NCBI GenBank assembly: GCA_036918135.1
Contig: JBALDB010000011.1
Coordinates: 128,001-192,000, forward strand
Source of the DNA: Nostoc sp.
GTDB taxonomy: Bacteria > Cyanobacteriota > Cyanobacteriia > Cyanobacteriales > Nostocaceae
DNA length: 64,000 nt
Reading direction: 5' to 3'
Shown here piece by piece: positions 52,401 to 61,077 of the stretch. Positions within the stretch are counted from its first letter, which is position 1. Each line of letters starts with the position of its first letter. The position numbers and the translations under genes are program-made. The notes below the pieces were generated by a model. The model saw only the letters and a program-made list of their open reading frames with translations, did not search any database and was not told the DNA's origin.

Positions 52401-53034
52401 CAACAATGATAGCAACGAAAGCCCCTTTGACTTTGTCATTACTGGCACAGTTAAAGGTACTTCCACTCCGGAAATTCAGGTTCTCAATGGCACTGAGGGT
52501 TCTGAATATTTAAAAGGCAATGCCTCAGCTAACAAAATTTATGGTTTTGGAGGTAAAGACACCATTGTAGGTAATCTTGGAAATGACCAACTTTGGGGAG
52601 GTGATGGACAGGATACTCTCTGGGGACAAGATGGTGATGACCTACTCTACGGCGATAGTGGCAATGACCAGCTGCGGGGTGATAATGGTAATGATACCCT
52701 ATTTGGTGGTATCGGCGATGACCTGCTCTACGGTCGTGCGGGTGACGACTGGCTTTACGGCGGTAAAGGCAACGATGCACTCACCGGGGGTTATGGTACT
52801 GATACTTTTGTGTTGGCTTTGGGTGAGGGCACTGACTCCATTCTTGACTTTGAAGTAGATAAAGATAAGATTGCCCTCTCAGGAGGTCTCAAGTTTGGTC
52901 AATTACTGATACAGCAAAAAGGAAGTCAAGCCTTGATTGTAGATAGTTCTGAGAATCAAGTGTTAGCAAAGTTGGATAATGTGAATGCAAGTGTACTCTT
53001 GGCTCAGTCTTCTACGACTTTTATGACTATTTAG
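49474..53034 (+). CDS. Large secreted protein: right-handed beta-helix, 5 Ig-like (choice-of-anchor D type) repeats, RTX Ca-binding tail
   Basis: YYVSGTGNDSNNG and GDTVYVMNGTY start; 115-aa PEIQV...FAISGTV repeats; GGxGxD nonapeptides; no signal peptide. Confidence 0.9.
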   Translation: MAGKVYYVSGTGNDSNNGLKETSAFRTLQKAADLVKAGDTVYVMNGTYEQSKYPNNPVLGINQKHGTSSAPITFAAYPGHNPLIKSTNFQAINIVGSSYIVIEGLTMVGANDQITLKYAQSEESNKLNPLTNGAGIYIQPDKQNNISHHIVVRNNTISKFGSAGIGSKEADYLTIEGNTVSETSWYSPWGTSGISTLNNHNLDNNTTDYKIIIRNNTVYDNYTYIPWWESESGKATEGHGIMIDSADSLGLDGKAYTGKTLIANNTSYNNGGAGIQVFKSSNVDVVNNTTYQNSQHPDLQDAGEILISGPSTNVNVVNNIMYAKDNGQSYVVGGSAKNIKADHNLIYNTNKYNKTGTNLILGKDPQFVDAATHNFALKPGSVAIDGGSNAFNKITGNTPHDGDGNGIAVIDIGAYEAPITKILTPEIQVLDGKVDITDGSTTAINFGDAIVGNTLTKTFTIQNIGAAALNLSNLKLPDGFSLVGTLPTSVAVNASTNITVALNTTTPGTYAGSLILSNNDSNESPFDFAISGTVKPVPTPEIQVLNGKVDIADGSTTAINFGKTTAGNTLTKTFTIKNIGTAALNLSNLKLPDGFSLVGTLPTSVAANASTNITVALNTTTPGSYGGSLILSNNDSNESPFDFAISGTVKPAPTPEIQVLNGKVNIADGSTTAINFGEAIVGNTLSKTFTIKNTGTAALNLSNLKLPDGFSLVGTLPTSVAANASTNITVALNTTTPGSYGGSLILSNNDSNESAFDFAIGGTVKPAPTPEIQVLNGKVDIADGSTTAINFGEAIVGNTLSKTFTIKNTGTAALNLSNLKLPDGFSLVGTLPTSVAANASTNITVALNTTTPGSYGGSLILSNNDSNESAFDFAIGGTVKPAPTPEIQVLDGTVDIADGMTTIDFGNTTVGKTLTETFTIQNIGTAALNLSNLELPDGFSLVGTLPTSVAVNASTNITVALNTATPGTYGGSLILSNNDSNESPFDFVITGTVKGTSTPEIQVLNGTEGSEYLKGNASANKIYGFGGKDTIVGNLGNDQLWGGDGQDTLWGQDGDDLLYGDSGNDQLRGDNGNDTLFGGIGDDLLYGRAGDDWLYGGKGNDALTGGYGTDTFVLALGEGTDSILDFEVDKDKIALSGGLKFGQLLIQQKGSQALIVDSSENQVLAKLDNVNASVLLAQSSTTFMTI
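50743..52464 (+). repeat. Five intragenic tandem repeats of 345/342 bp
   Basis: Units start at 50743, 51088, 51433, 51778 and 52123. Confidence 0.95.
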
Positions 53035-53210
53035 TTCTTTTTAATAACCAAGTGTTTTAAAGCAAATGTAAGACAATAATTAGACTAAGAAGGTTTAGTA
53101 TTAACCAGAAGAGGACAAGAGGAGGGATTTATTAAAGGTTGTCCCTTGTCCTCTTGTCTTTTCGATGACCAACTAAATTCTTTAATGGATTCTCTACATC
53201 CGATCCTTGC

Positions 53211-53246
53211 TAACCCGGATTTCTCTTTCGTGAGAAATCCGGGTTA
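53211..53246. terminator. Perfect 15-bp stem-loop between convergent genes
   Basis: taacccggatttctc-tttcgt-gagaaatccgggtta. Confidence 0.6.
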
Positions 53247-53275
53247 CTTGACAATCATATAGGCAACCAAATGGA

Positions 53276-53923
53276 CTAACTGTTGTTTAGTTCCATTAAC
53301 GAAATTTTCTCGTTAGAATAAAGCCATTTTTCAAAATTGCCTTTACAGCGCGGCCATTCTTTATCTGTCATGGCGAACCAATCGGTATCTCTGTTTTTTC
53401 CACGAACAAACATATGTTGTCGAAAACGACCTTCATAAATGAATCCCATCCTTGCAGCAGTAGTCCGGCTTGTATGGTTAAGTGAATCGCATTTCCATTC
53501 AACTCTACGGTAAGAATGGCGCTCGAAAAGATGTTGAAGTAATAAAAACTGTGATTCTGTATTGACTTTACTTTTGTGGACTGCGGGAGTAAACCATACA
53601 TGACCGATTTCAGCACGACCATGATTGGGGGCGATCGCCAGTAATGCTACAATTCCCACCTGAGTGTTTGCTGAGTTCTCAAAGACTGTCCAAGTCAGAG
53701 GATCGGATTTATCTGCTAAGTTTGTTTCCAGCCAGTCTTTCATTGTCCAAGGGCTATCAAATGGGCCGTAAAATAGATAATTCCATACGGCTTCTTTTTC
53801 AGGACTGCCGTGTGAAGCTGCGTATAAAACATCTATATCTCTTTCTGGAATCAGGGGACTGAGTGTGACAAATTGACCATTGATTTGAAAAAAATCAGGT
53901 CGCTGCCAAGTTCGATTTTGCAT
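53276..53923 (-). CDS. GNAT family N-acetyltransferase (RimJ/RimL-like)
   Basis: AEIGHVW, YRRVEWKCDSLN and GKNRDTDWF motifs. Confidence 0.92.
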   Translation of the reverse strand: MQNRTWQRPDFFQINGQFVTLSPLIPERDIDVLYAASHGSPEKEAVWNYLFYGPFDSPWTMKDWLETNLADKSDPLTWTVFENSANTQVGIVALLAIAPNHGRAEIGHVWFTPAVHKSKVNTESQFLLLQHLFERHSYRRVEWKCDSLNHTSRTTAARMGFIYEGRFRQHMFVRGKNRDTDWFAMTDKEWPRCKGNFEKWLYSNEKISLMELNNS

Positions 53924-54219
53924 GATTTTATGATTTTTTTTATACACAGATAATAGAATTCGTCATTTGTCATTATAAAAACAACTGATACACTCTACTT
54001 TTCATCACCCATACCCTGGTCATTACCTGAGTAATCCAGTCAGTGTTTGCTTTGAAAAACAAATTGTTAAATCTTAACTAAAAAGAGTTTTCCAATTGAA
54101 TTGGAGTGTAGCCCGTGGATGAATAAATGATAAAATACCCCACCAAATTTTCAATTCAGTAGTGCTTTTATACAGTGGTATTAATCCTAACTAATTTATT
54201 CTGACTTCTGTATTCTTTT

Positions 54220-55545
54220 TCAACGTTTAATTCCCTTAAAACGTTCTTGTGCCGCCTGAAAAGCTTCTTGCATTACCAACTGAATTCTCTGGGGATCTGG
54301 TTTTTTACCTCCCATTAAATCACCAAAGTAAACGCAGGCTGCTTCCCCTAATGCCCAGGTATAGGCAGCTGCCCAAGATGCTGCGATCGCACTGCCAAAA
54401 ACTGGTATAAATTTGACTAATTCCCGTCCGATGGCCTGTGCCAGAAAACCACCAGCGATTGTACTCACAACACCCCCCGCTTGGGATGGAGTAAGTGTTT
54501 GTCCATATAATTTTCCTAAAAGACCCACCATCGAAACTTGCAGGGAAGTTAGCACTGGCATTGTAGCAAGTGGTAATGGCACAGCGGCGAGAGTTGCAGA
54601 CATAATTGCAAAAGGCAAAATGTAACGGCGTGCTGTATCACGGTAAAGGTTGCCAATTTGCTTACCAACTTCTTCTCGATCCAATAATTGATAAATCGCC
54701 TGGGCTTCTGCTTGGGGGAGTAGTTCTGCAAGCCTATCTCTTAGGGCTTCTAACCCATAAAATACCGGGTTATAGCCATCTTCTTCTAGGGTAAAGTCAA
54801 TGAGTACAGAGCGATCGTATAGTCCGGCAAAAGTCTCTTCTATCTCAGCAAATGCACGGCTGACTTGCTCAAAGTCTGGCGGATAGGCAGGATGATCGAC
54901 GATATCGGCTGGATAAAGCTCATGCAGGCAGGTAACCGCTAGCAAACAGGGAATATTTGGATACTGCTGGCGCAGCTGTTGAGCAATTTGTCGTAGGGTG
55001 TCAGTTGCAAAATCATTGATTTTGACGGTCAAAAGTAAGATTCTGGCAGAACGAGTGTCCTGTTGCAAATCCCCAACTAACTCTTGAATTACTCCTTTTG
55101 TATCCTGTTTGACATCTCCCAATCCCACAGTATCAGTAAAAATCAGTAATGGCAGGTCATTGGAAGGATAGGCATAACGTTGGGTGTGCTGGGTGTGGGG
55201 ACGAAATCCCTGACCAACAATTTCGGCAGAAACTCCCGTTAGTCCCCGCACGATTGAGCTTTTACCTGCTTGTGGCTTACCAATTAACAGGGCTTGTGTA
55301 GTTGGCAGTTCGGCTCGAACTTTGTCTAGAATGTCTGCAACTTGCGCCTCACTTACACTAAACCAATCAACAACTGTCTGTGCCAGTTGTTCTAGGGGTA
55401 AGAGTTGCGTCAAACCTGTTGTTGCTTTGTTCCAGACGCCAGCAATGCGATTTTGCCAGGAATTACCGACCGAATTGTTTGTCCCAGTATCGGTAAGTTC
55501 ACTCAATTGCTCAGAGTCAGGATCGCGTTGCTTACTCATTCCCAT
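54220..55545 (-). CDS. GTPase fused to a DUF697/YcjF-like domain
   Basis: GKPQAGKSS and DTVG motifs; C-terminal AAVPLP...KFIPVFGS. Confidence 0.85.
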   Translation of the reverse strand: MGMSKQRDPDSEQLSELTDTGTNNSVGNSWQNRIAGVWNKATTGLTQLLPLEQLAQTVVDWFSVSEAQVADILDKVRAELPTTQALLIGKPQAGKSSIVRGLTGVSAEIVGQGFRPHTQHTQRYAYPSNDLPLLIFTDTVGLGDVKQDTKGVIQELVGDLQQDTRSARILLLTVKINDFATDTLRQIAQQLRQQYPNIPCLLAVTCLHELYPADIVDHPAYPPDFEQVSRAFAEIEETFAGLYDRSVLIDFTLEEDGYNPVFYGLEALRDRLAELLPQAEAQAIYQLLDREEVGKQIGNLYRDTARRYILPFAIMSATLAAVPLPLATMPVLTSLQVSMVGLLGKLYGQTLTPSQAGGVVSTIAGGFLAQAIGRELVKFIPVFGSAIAASWAAAYTWALGEAACVYFGDLMGGKKPDPQRIQLVMQEAFQAAQERFKGIKR

Positions 55546-55892
55546 GAAAACGGTAGATAGAATTTAAGTCCTGTCTATATTCATCCTACTGTTAAACTCG
55601 GTTGAGCTTGGGTTAATTTCCTCATCCTCAAGTTTAGTTTAGGGACTTCCAATTGAAGAATTCAGGAGCAAAGCCACAGACGCTTTGCCAAGGCGTTAGA
55701 ATCAATCACAGGGAGATTCTAAACTCCCCATTCAAATCTATGATTTGCCGGGGATTTTAAACTCCTCTATCCATCCGCCAGTCGGACTCAAATTCATGCT
55801 GAATTCTAACGCCTGAATTCTGTTTTAATCAAAAAACAACTGACAAATAATAAATTAGCAGCCAAAAATATTTTATTCAGATTGCAGTAAAC

Positions 55893-56603
55893 CTATAATC
55901 GCACAGTTGACCGCAACATAATCACTTTACGACTATCTACGATACTGGTAACAAAACCGCGATCGTTTAGCTTTTGTAATGTGTTATACGCTTCACTTTG
56001 ATTGGTAGTATAAACTGCCAATAAGTAGGGGCGTTGTCCGTAAGAAACAAAACCGACATTACCTCCCACCACTTGCTGGACGCTATTTGCTAGTTCTGGG
56101 CGATTGTAATAATCTACCAGTACAGCAAAACCCTCTCCTAAGGCTTGAGGGTTATAATTAACTGTCTGCTGCTGAGATGGTTGTGATTGTACAATATCTG
56201 GTGCTGTTGGTCGAGTAGTAATGATAGCAGACAAACCAACAATATTACTGACATACCTTGCCCATCGGTTGGCATCGTCAATTTTGTTAAAGCCTCCAAT
56301 ACGCGTCACAGTTTCATTGAGATATTGACAGGTGATAGTCTTGAGTTTAGGCGGTAAGGCACTACGTAACTGCTTTTGATTATCTGCCGTAGGACTGACT
56401 ACTAATAAAAGATACTCACCTGCATTTGGTGGTTGACAATTAGGAATGGTTTGTTGGGCAAAGCCAGAACTCATGCCACCAATTAATGCTGCGTAAGCGA
56501 AGCTCGTCGTAGCGAAAAGTCGGAGCGGCGGCTTCCGCCGATCTGAACTTTTTAAGACAGACATCGCTAATCCTAAAACACTTGGTATCTGAAATCTCAG
56601 CAC
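55893..56603 (-). CDS. Hypothetical exported protein with a repeat insertion in its signal region
   Basis: 236-aa ORF; AQQTIPNCQPP follows the signal; 69-bp insertion at 56494-56562. Confidence 0.75.
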   Translation of the reverse strand: MLRFQIPSVLGLAMSVLKSSDRRKPPLRLFATTSFAYAALIGGMSSGFAQQTIPNCQPPNAGEYLLLVVSPTADNQKQLRSALPPKLKTITCQYLNETVTRIGGFNKIDDANRWARYVSNIVGLSAIITTRPTAPDIVQSQPSQQQTVNYNPQALGEGFAVLVDYYNRPELANSVQQVVGGNVGFVSYGQRPYLLAVYTTNQSEAYNTLQKLNDRGFVTSIVDSRKVIMLRSTVRL

Positions 56604-56750
56604 AAAAGTTACTATAGATAAATTATGGTGTCATAAAAGATTTTATAAACAAAAATAAGGAGTGGCGAGTAGGAAATAGGAACTGGGGACTGGGAAAGTG
56701 TTTCTCAACAAATATTTAATTCTTAATCTCCAGTACCTAATCCCCAATTT

Positions 56751-57086
56751 TTAAGATACGGTAGCTAAAGATGCCAATGCATCTGGTATTGTCTCACAAG
56801 GAGCTTGGAATTCTCCTGCGATGACGTACTCTAAACGTAATTTTAACCAAGTAATAAATTGGGGATTAGTGGAAATAATAGCTACTGCTGGTTGAGGACA
56901 CTTCGCTTTTAACTCTGCCAGCTGAGGCGCTTCTAAGAAAGCTGGTTGCTTAACCAACCAAAAATCAATTTGTTTTTCTTGTTCGTGGTAATGACGGGTG
57001 CGTTCTTTGAGAACTTCGTCTATCGGTTCTTCTTCCAGAAGAAAGCGTTGACTGGCCAAAACGTAATAGTATGTTTGCATTTTCAT
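56751..57086 (-). CDS. ycf54: Ycf54, MgPME cyclase auxiliary protein
   Basis: TYYYVLASQRFL, EVLKER, DFWLVKQPAFL and FITWLKLRL motifs. Start may be 57080. Confidence 0.93.
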   Translation of the reverse strand: MKMQTYYYVLASQRFLLEEEPIDEVLKERTRHYHEQEKQIDFWLVKQPAFLEAPQLAELKAKCPQPAVAIISTNPQFITWLKLRLEYVIAGEFQAPCETIPDALASLATVS

Positions 57087-57145
57087 CCTTTGCTTACTAT
57101 GTGAAGAATTTCAGGGCACAGTGCAGCACTCTGTACCCTGATAAA

Positions 57146-57865
57146 TTAACTTTGGCGGAATTTCTTGAACCAAGAACTGAACGGACAAGCACTTCCTTGT
57201 TTGTCTGCACCCGCTTGTTTGCCACCAGATGTTAGCTTGCTTAAGAACAGACTGTTGTCAAAGTAGTGTTCTAAGGAAATAATCTTTAAGTCATCGGTAA
57301 CTTTTGCAATGCTCATGCCGATAATTTCTACCGTCTCTCCAGTAGGTGCATAGTCTTTGTATTGTCCATTAAAATGTCCCCAATGCCGCCACTTAAATGT
57401 TACATTCGGTGGCCCTGAGAAAACTTCCAGCACTTCCCAAGGAAATCCTTTGGGAAATGTTCTGTGGAAGACTTTTGCGGATGATTCAAAGCTTTCTTCT
57501 GAAGCCTTGTAGTGTTCTGAATCAGCCATAAATAGATTGTAAGTACCTTGGGCTGATAAATCTGCTGCTGTGTAGTCTACTCCACCATTGCTACTGACAC
57601 GAAACTTATCATTCACAATAGATAACCACTGCTGCGGGTTAGCTTTAAAGGATACTTCCATCTCGAAGGTTCGCACCAAGTTTTCGACAATCGCTTCCAG
57701 TGTACCTTCAAGGTGATTACACGTACTTTCTTGAGCTAAATTCTCTTTTGAGCGAGAATAATCCGGTGGTGTCTGATAGCGCCACACGGTATCAGTGCTT
57801 TCTGCTATTACCCGATCTCGATCCTGTACCCAAAGTGGTAGGTTGTTAAACTGTGTTGCGCTCAT
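57146..57865 (-). CDS. SnoaL/NTF2-like protein (pathogen-related protein family)
   Basis: PPDYS, GFPWEVLEVFSGPP and FKWRHWG motifs. Confidence 0.8.
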   Translation of the reverse strand: MSATQFNNLPLWVQDRDRVIAESTDTVWRYQTPPDYSRSKENLAQESTCNHLEGTLEAIVENLVRTFEMEVSFKANPQQWLSIVNDKFRVSSNGGVDYTAADLSAQGTYNLFMADSEHYKASEESFESSAKVFHRTFPKGFPWEVLEVFSGPPNVTFKWRHWGHFNGQYKDYAPTGETVEIIGMSIAKVTDDLKIISLEHYFDNSLFLSKLTSGGKQAGADKQGSACPFSSWFKKFRQS

Positions 57866-58075
57866 AGAAGTTTTTGCTGAAGATTTTTTCTAGATTTCGC
57901 AGTTCCAACCCCTCTTGTTACGATTGGGTAGTGTGGACACTTCTCTACGAGAGGCTGCGCTAACGGCAAGCTCAGTGCATCGCTGAGTACTGGGGATTGG
58001 ATACTCAAGATTGGGCATTCAGAAAACTTTTCTTTAGTCCCTAGTCCTCAGTCCCCAGTCGCCATTCCCTAGTCC

Positions 58076-58801
58076 CTAGTCCCCATTCCCTCTAATGGCT
58101 TTTTTCATCTCACGGACTGCTCGTTCTATACCTACTAAGGCTGCCCGACTGATGATGGTGTGACCAATGTTTAGTTCTTCCATACCTGGAAGCGCAGCAA
58201 CTGGATAGACGTTCCAGTAGGTTAGTCCATGACCAGCGTTGACTCGCAAGCCTGCTTGAATCGCTTGTTCGCACCCTTTAGCTAATACGGCTAATTCTCG
58301 ATGGCGATTTGTTTCGTCCTTAGCCTCAGCATATTGTCCGGTGTGCAATTCAATAAATTTAGCTTGCACCTTGACAGATGCTTCAATTTGTGCGCGTTCG
58401 GCGTCGATAAATAAACTAACTGGAATGCCAGCGCTTTGCAATTTATCAACTATCTCACCTATTCTAGCAATTTGCCCCACAATATCTAGTCCGCCTTCTG
58501 TTGTGACTTCTTCACGTTTTTCGGGGACTAAAGTTACATAATCTGGTTTTATATCGAGAGCGATCGCTAACATTTCATCTGTAGCGGCCATTTCTAAATT
58601 TAAGTGAGTTCTCACTGTTTGTCTTAAGATTCGCACATCCCGATCTTGGATATGTCGGCGATCTTCTCGCAGATGCACCGTAATTCCATCTGCACCTCCT
58701 AATTCTGCCAGTACTGCCGCCGCTACTGGGTCTGGTTCCACCGTCCGCCGTGCTTGCCTGATGGTAGCAATGTGGTCAATGTTAACGCCAAGTGTAGACA
58801 C
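58076..58801 (-). CDS. pdxJ: Pyridoxine 5'-phosphate synthase
   Basis: [26 protein letters not shown] and ELNIGH motifs; GTG start at 58801. Confidence 0.97.
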   Translation of the reverse strand: MSTLGVNIDHIATIRQARRTVEPDPVAAAVLAELGGADGITVHLREDRRHIQDRDVRILRQTVRTHLNLEMAATDEMLAIALDIKPDYVTLVPEKREEVTTEGGLDIVGQIARIGEIVDKLQSAGIPVSLFIDAERAQIEASVKVQAKFIELHTGQYAEAKDETNRHRELAVLAKGCEQAIQAGLRVNAGHGLTYWNVYPVAALPGMEELNIGHTIISRAALVGIERAVREMKKAIRGNGD

Positions 58802-59117
58802 CCCAAAATTCTCCCAATCCACAGTCCTCAGAACTTGATTTTACCGGAAATATCAGGAGTTTGGCTTGAGAGTTAGATATACCACACACGTTAAGCGAAC
58901 TCCAAGATATAAATTATCCCGTTTGAAGTTGCTGACTGATGACTGTTGAGTGTTGAGCGTGAACAGTGGTTTTTATTTGTTAGTCCCTAACAGCAATCGG
59001 TTATCAAATCGAGCGAGCAATATTTTTAGTCCCTTTGAATCAAGTACATAGTAGGGCAGCACAGCTATGGTAACCTACGAATCATCTGTACTCTATTCAA
59101 TCGCAAACCGTTATAAA

Positions 59118-59154
59118 AAACAAAAGCAAGGTCGCAAATGCCTTGCTTTTGTTT
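59118..59154. terminator. Bidirectional terminator-like hairpin in a divergent intergenic region
   Basis: aaacaaaagcaagg-tcgcaaatg-ccttgcttttgttt. Confidence 0.5.
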
Positions 59155-59398
59155 CATTTCACTCTACTACACTAAACCTACGTCCCTCACCAAGTCTTCT
59201 CTTCATACCTCAGGCACAGCTAAGTGTTAAATCTGACTGTTAAACTCAATACACAATCTCACAGTAAGTAACATTTGTTTATTTTTCATTCATAATCGAG
59301 CCATTTTGTAAAGTAGCCAAACTCCTACTTCAGTAGGGGGACTGACTGATCGAGGAATCAGGTAAATTAAGATAAGTAAAGAAAACGTTTTGAATTCA

Positions 59399-60079
59399 AT
59401 GACAGCTTTAAGCTTAGAAGAAATTTCTACTCAGTTAGAAAGTCCAAATTTGCGCGATCGCATGTTAGCCCTTGCTAATCTGCGTCACGTTCCTGCTGAA
59501 GATGCAGTACCTTTGATAAAAAAAGTACTAGACGACGAATCTTTGCAACTGCGATCGATGGCAATATTTGCCCTTGGAGTCAAGTCTACGCCAGAATCTT
59601 TTCCAATTTTAGTGAGAATTCTCGAAGCTGACCCAGATTACGGTATTCGTGCTGATGCAGCTGGTGCTTTAGGATATCTGGGTGATGCCAGAGCTTTTGA
59701 GGTACTTTCACGGGCATTTTATGAAGATACTGATTGGTTAGTACGCTTTAGTGCAGCCGTGTCTCTAGGTAATATTAAAGACCCTCGTGCCCATCAAGTT
59801 CTACTGCAAGCCCTCGATAGCAAAGAAATAGTATTGCAAGAAGCTGCAATCTCTGCACTTGGAGAAATTAAAGACATTGAATCTGTCGATAGTATTTTAC
59901 GGTTTGCCCAATCTGATGATTGGTTAATTAGGCAGCGTCTAGCAGAAGCTTTAGGCAATCTTCCCACTCCCAAGAGCGTCTCAGCTTTAAAATACCTGGA
60001 AAAAGACAATCATTTTAACGTCGCTGAGGCAGCAAGAATTAGTCTCAAGAGGCTTGAGGAAATAGGCAATCAAGCTTAA
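59399..60079 (+). CDS. nblB: HEAT-repeat phycobilisome degradation protein (NblB-like)
   Basis: PBS-lyase HEAT repeats DYGIRADAAGALG, DWLVRFSAAVSLG and DWLIRQRLAEALG. Confidence 0.8.
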   Translation: MTALSLEEISTQLESPNLRDRMLALANLRHVPAEDAVPLIKKVLDDESLQLRSMAIFALGVKSTPESFPILVRILEADPDYGIRADAAGALGYLGDARAFEVLSRAFYEDTDWLVRFSAAVSLGNIKDPRAHQVLLQALDSKEIVLQEAAISALGEIKDIESVDSILRFAQSDDWLIRQRLAEALGNLPTPKSVSALKYLEKDNHFNVAEAARISLKRLEEIGNQA

Positions 60080-60154
60080 TATTAAAGCCTCCTACTAGCT
60101 TTTAATAATAATTAAGTGGGAATTTTTGCATTTTGATGCAGGGTAATTTCATTC

Positions 60155-60721
60155 ATGAATATTGAAGAGTTTTTTGAGTTAAGTGCTGGGAAATGGTTTT
60201 CCCATCGTACTATTCATTATTTAGCTTTGAATCAATCTGAACATGGCAAGTCAGAGATTGTGATTGAGGCACTGCCAGCAGATCATCCAGAAGTGAGTAA
60301 ATTGTGTCAACAGTACGAAATTAATTCTAGTTCTGCCTCTTGTGGTCTTAAAGTCACCTGGAACGGCACAACAGAACGCGAGCAAGTAAAACATAGCGGT
60401 TCAACTGTATTAGTTTCAATACCTGACGCCGATAATCCAGACCAAGGCAAGTTACTTAGACAAATAGTTGATACAGATAAAACTCCAGTTCCCGGACGCT
60501 ATCAGATAGACAGTGATGGTGCTTTGACTCTAACTATAGAAGATGAAACCATGAAATCTGAGGAGCGTCTGTGGTTTGCTAGCCCCAATTTACGAATGCG
60601 AGTGAATGTCTTGAAGCGTTCTGCTGGGTTTAGTATCACTTCCTTCACTTCTGAGATTCGTTTGGGTGGCTTTCCACCTGCGGCGAAGGCGAACGAGGCG
60701 GCTAGTTCAGTTTCGAGTTAA
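60155..60721 (+). CDS. cpcS: Phycobiliprotein lyase, CpcS/CpeS family
   Basis: [28 protein letters not shown] and SFTSEIR motifs. Confidence 0.8.
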   Translation: MNIEEFFELSAGKWFSHRTIHYLALNQSEHGKSEIVIEALPADHPEVSKLCQQYEINSSSASCGLKVTWNGTTEREQVKHSGSTVLVSIPDADNPDQGKLLRQIVDTDKTPVPGRYQIDSDGALTLTIEDETMKSEERLWFASPNLRMRVNVLKRSAGFSITSFTSEIRLGGFPPAAKANEAASSVSS

Positions 60722-61077
60722 TTTGAAGACAAAATATTCCCCCTTTTGTTCGGGGGAATTACATTTAACATTTTGGATTAAAACATCACTCAAAAATCAT
60801 AAATTTGAGCGTGTCCTATTTGATTTAAAAAAATTTGTGGTGTACAGATATTATCTCCTATTTGCAAAAATCTTTGCAACAAATGAATCGGCTGTAGAAG
60901 TATATACCTGTACATCCCTACTCAATATATCTGTCGCATTCTTATTTCAAATTAGAATGACTTTTAAATAAGTCTGGTATCTAAATTTCCATGAATACTT
61001 GAGGATTGCTGTGTAGTTAATTTCATAGTTGAGAAAAAGAAAATTTAAACATTTTTGTTAACCTGTAGCGAGACTCT

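Noticed and set aside
50743..52464. Long direct repeats as a CRISPR array or mobile element
   Set aside because: The 345-bp units are in frame, have no spacers, and encode protein domains.
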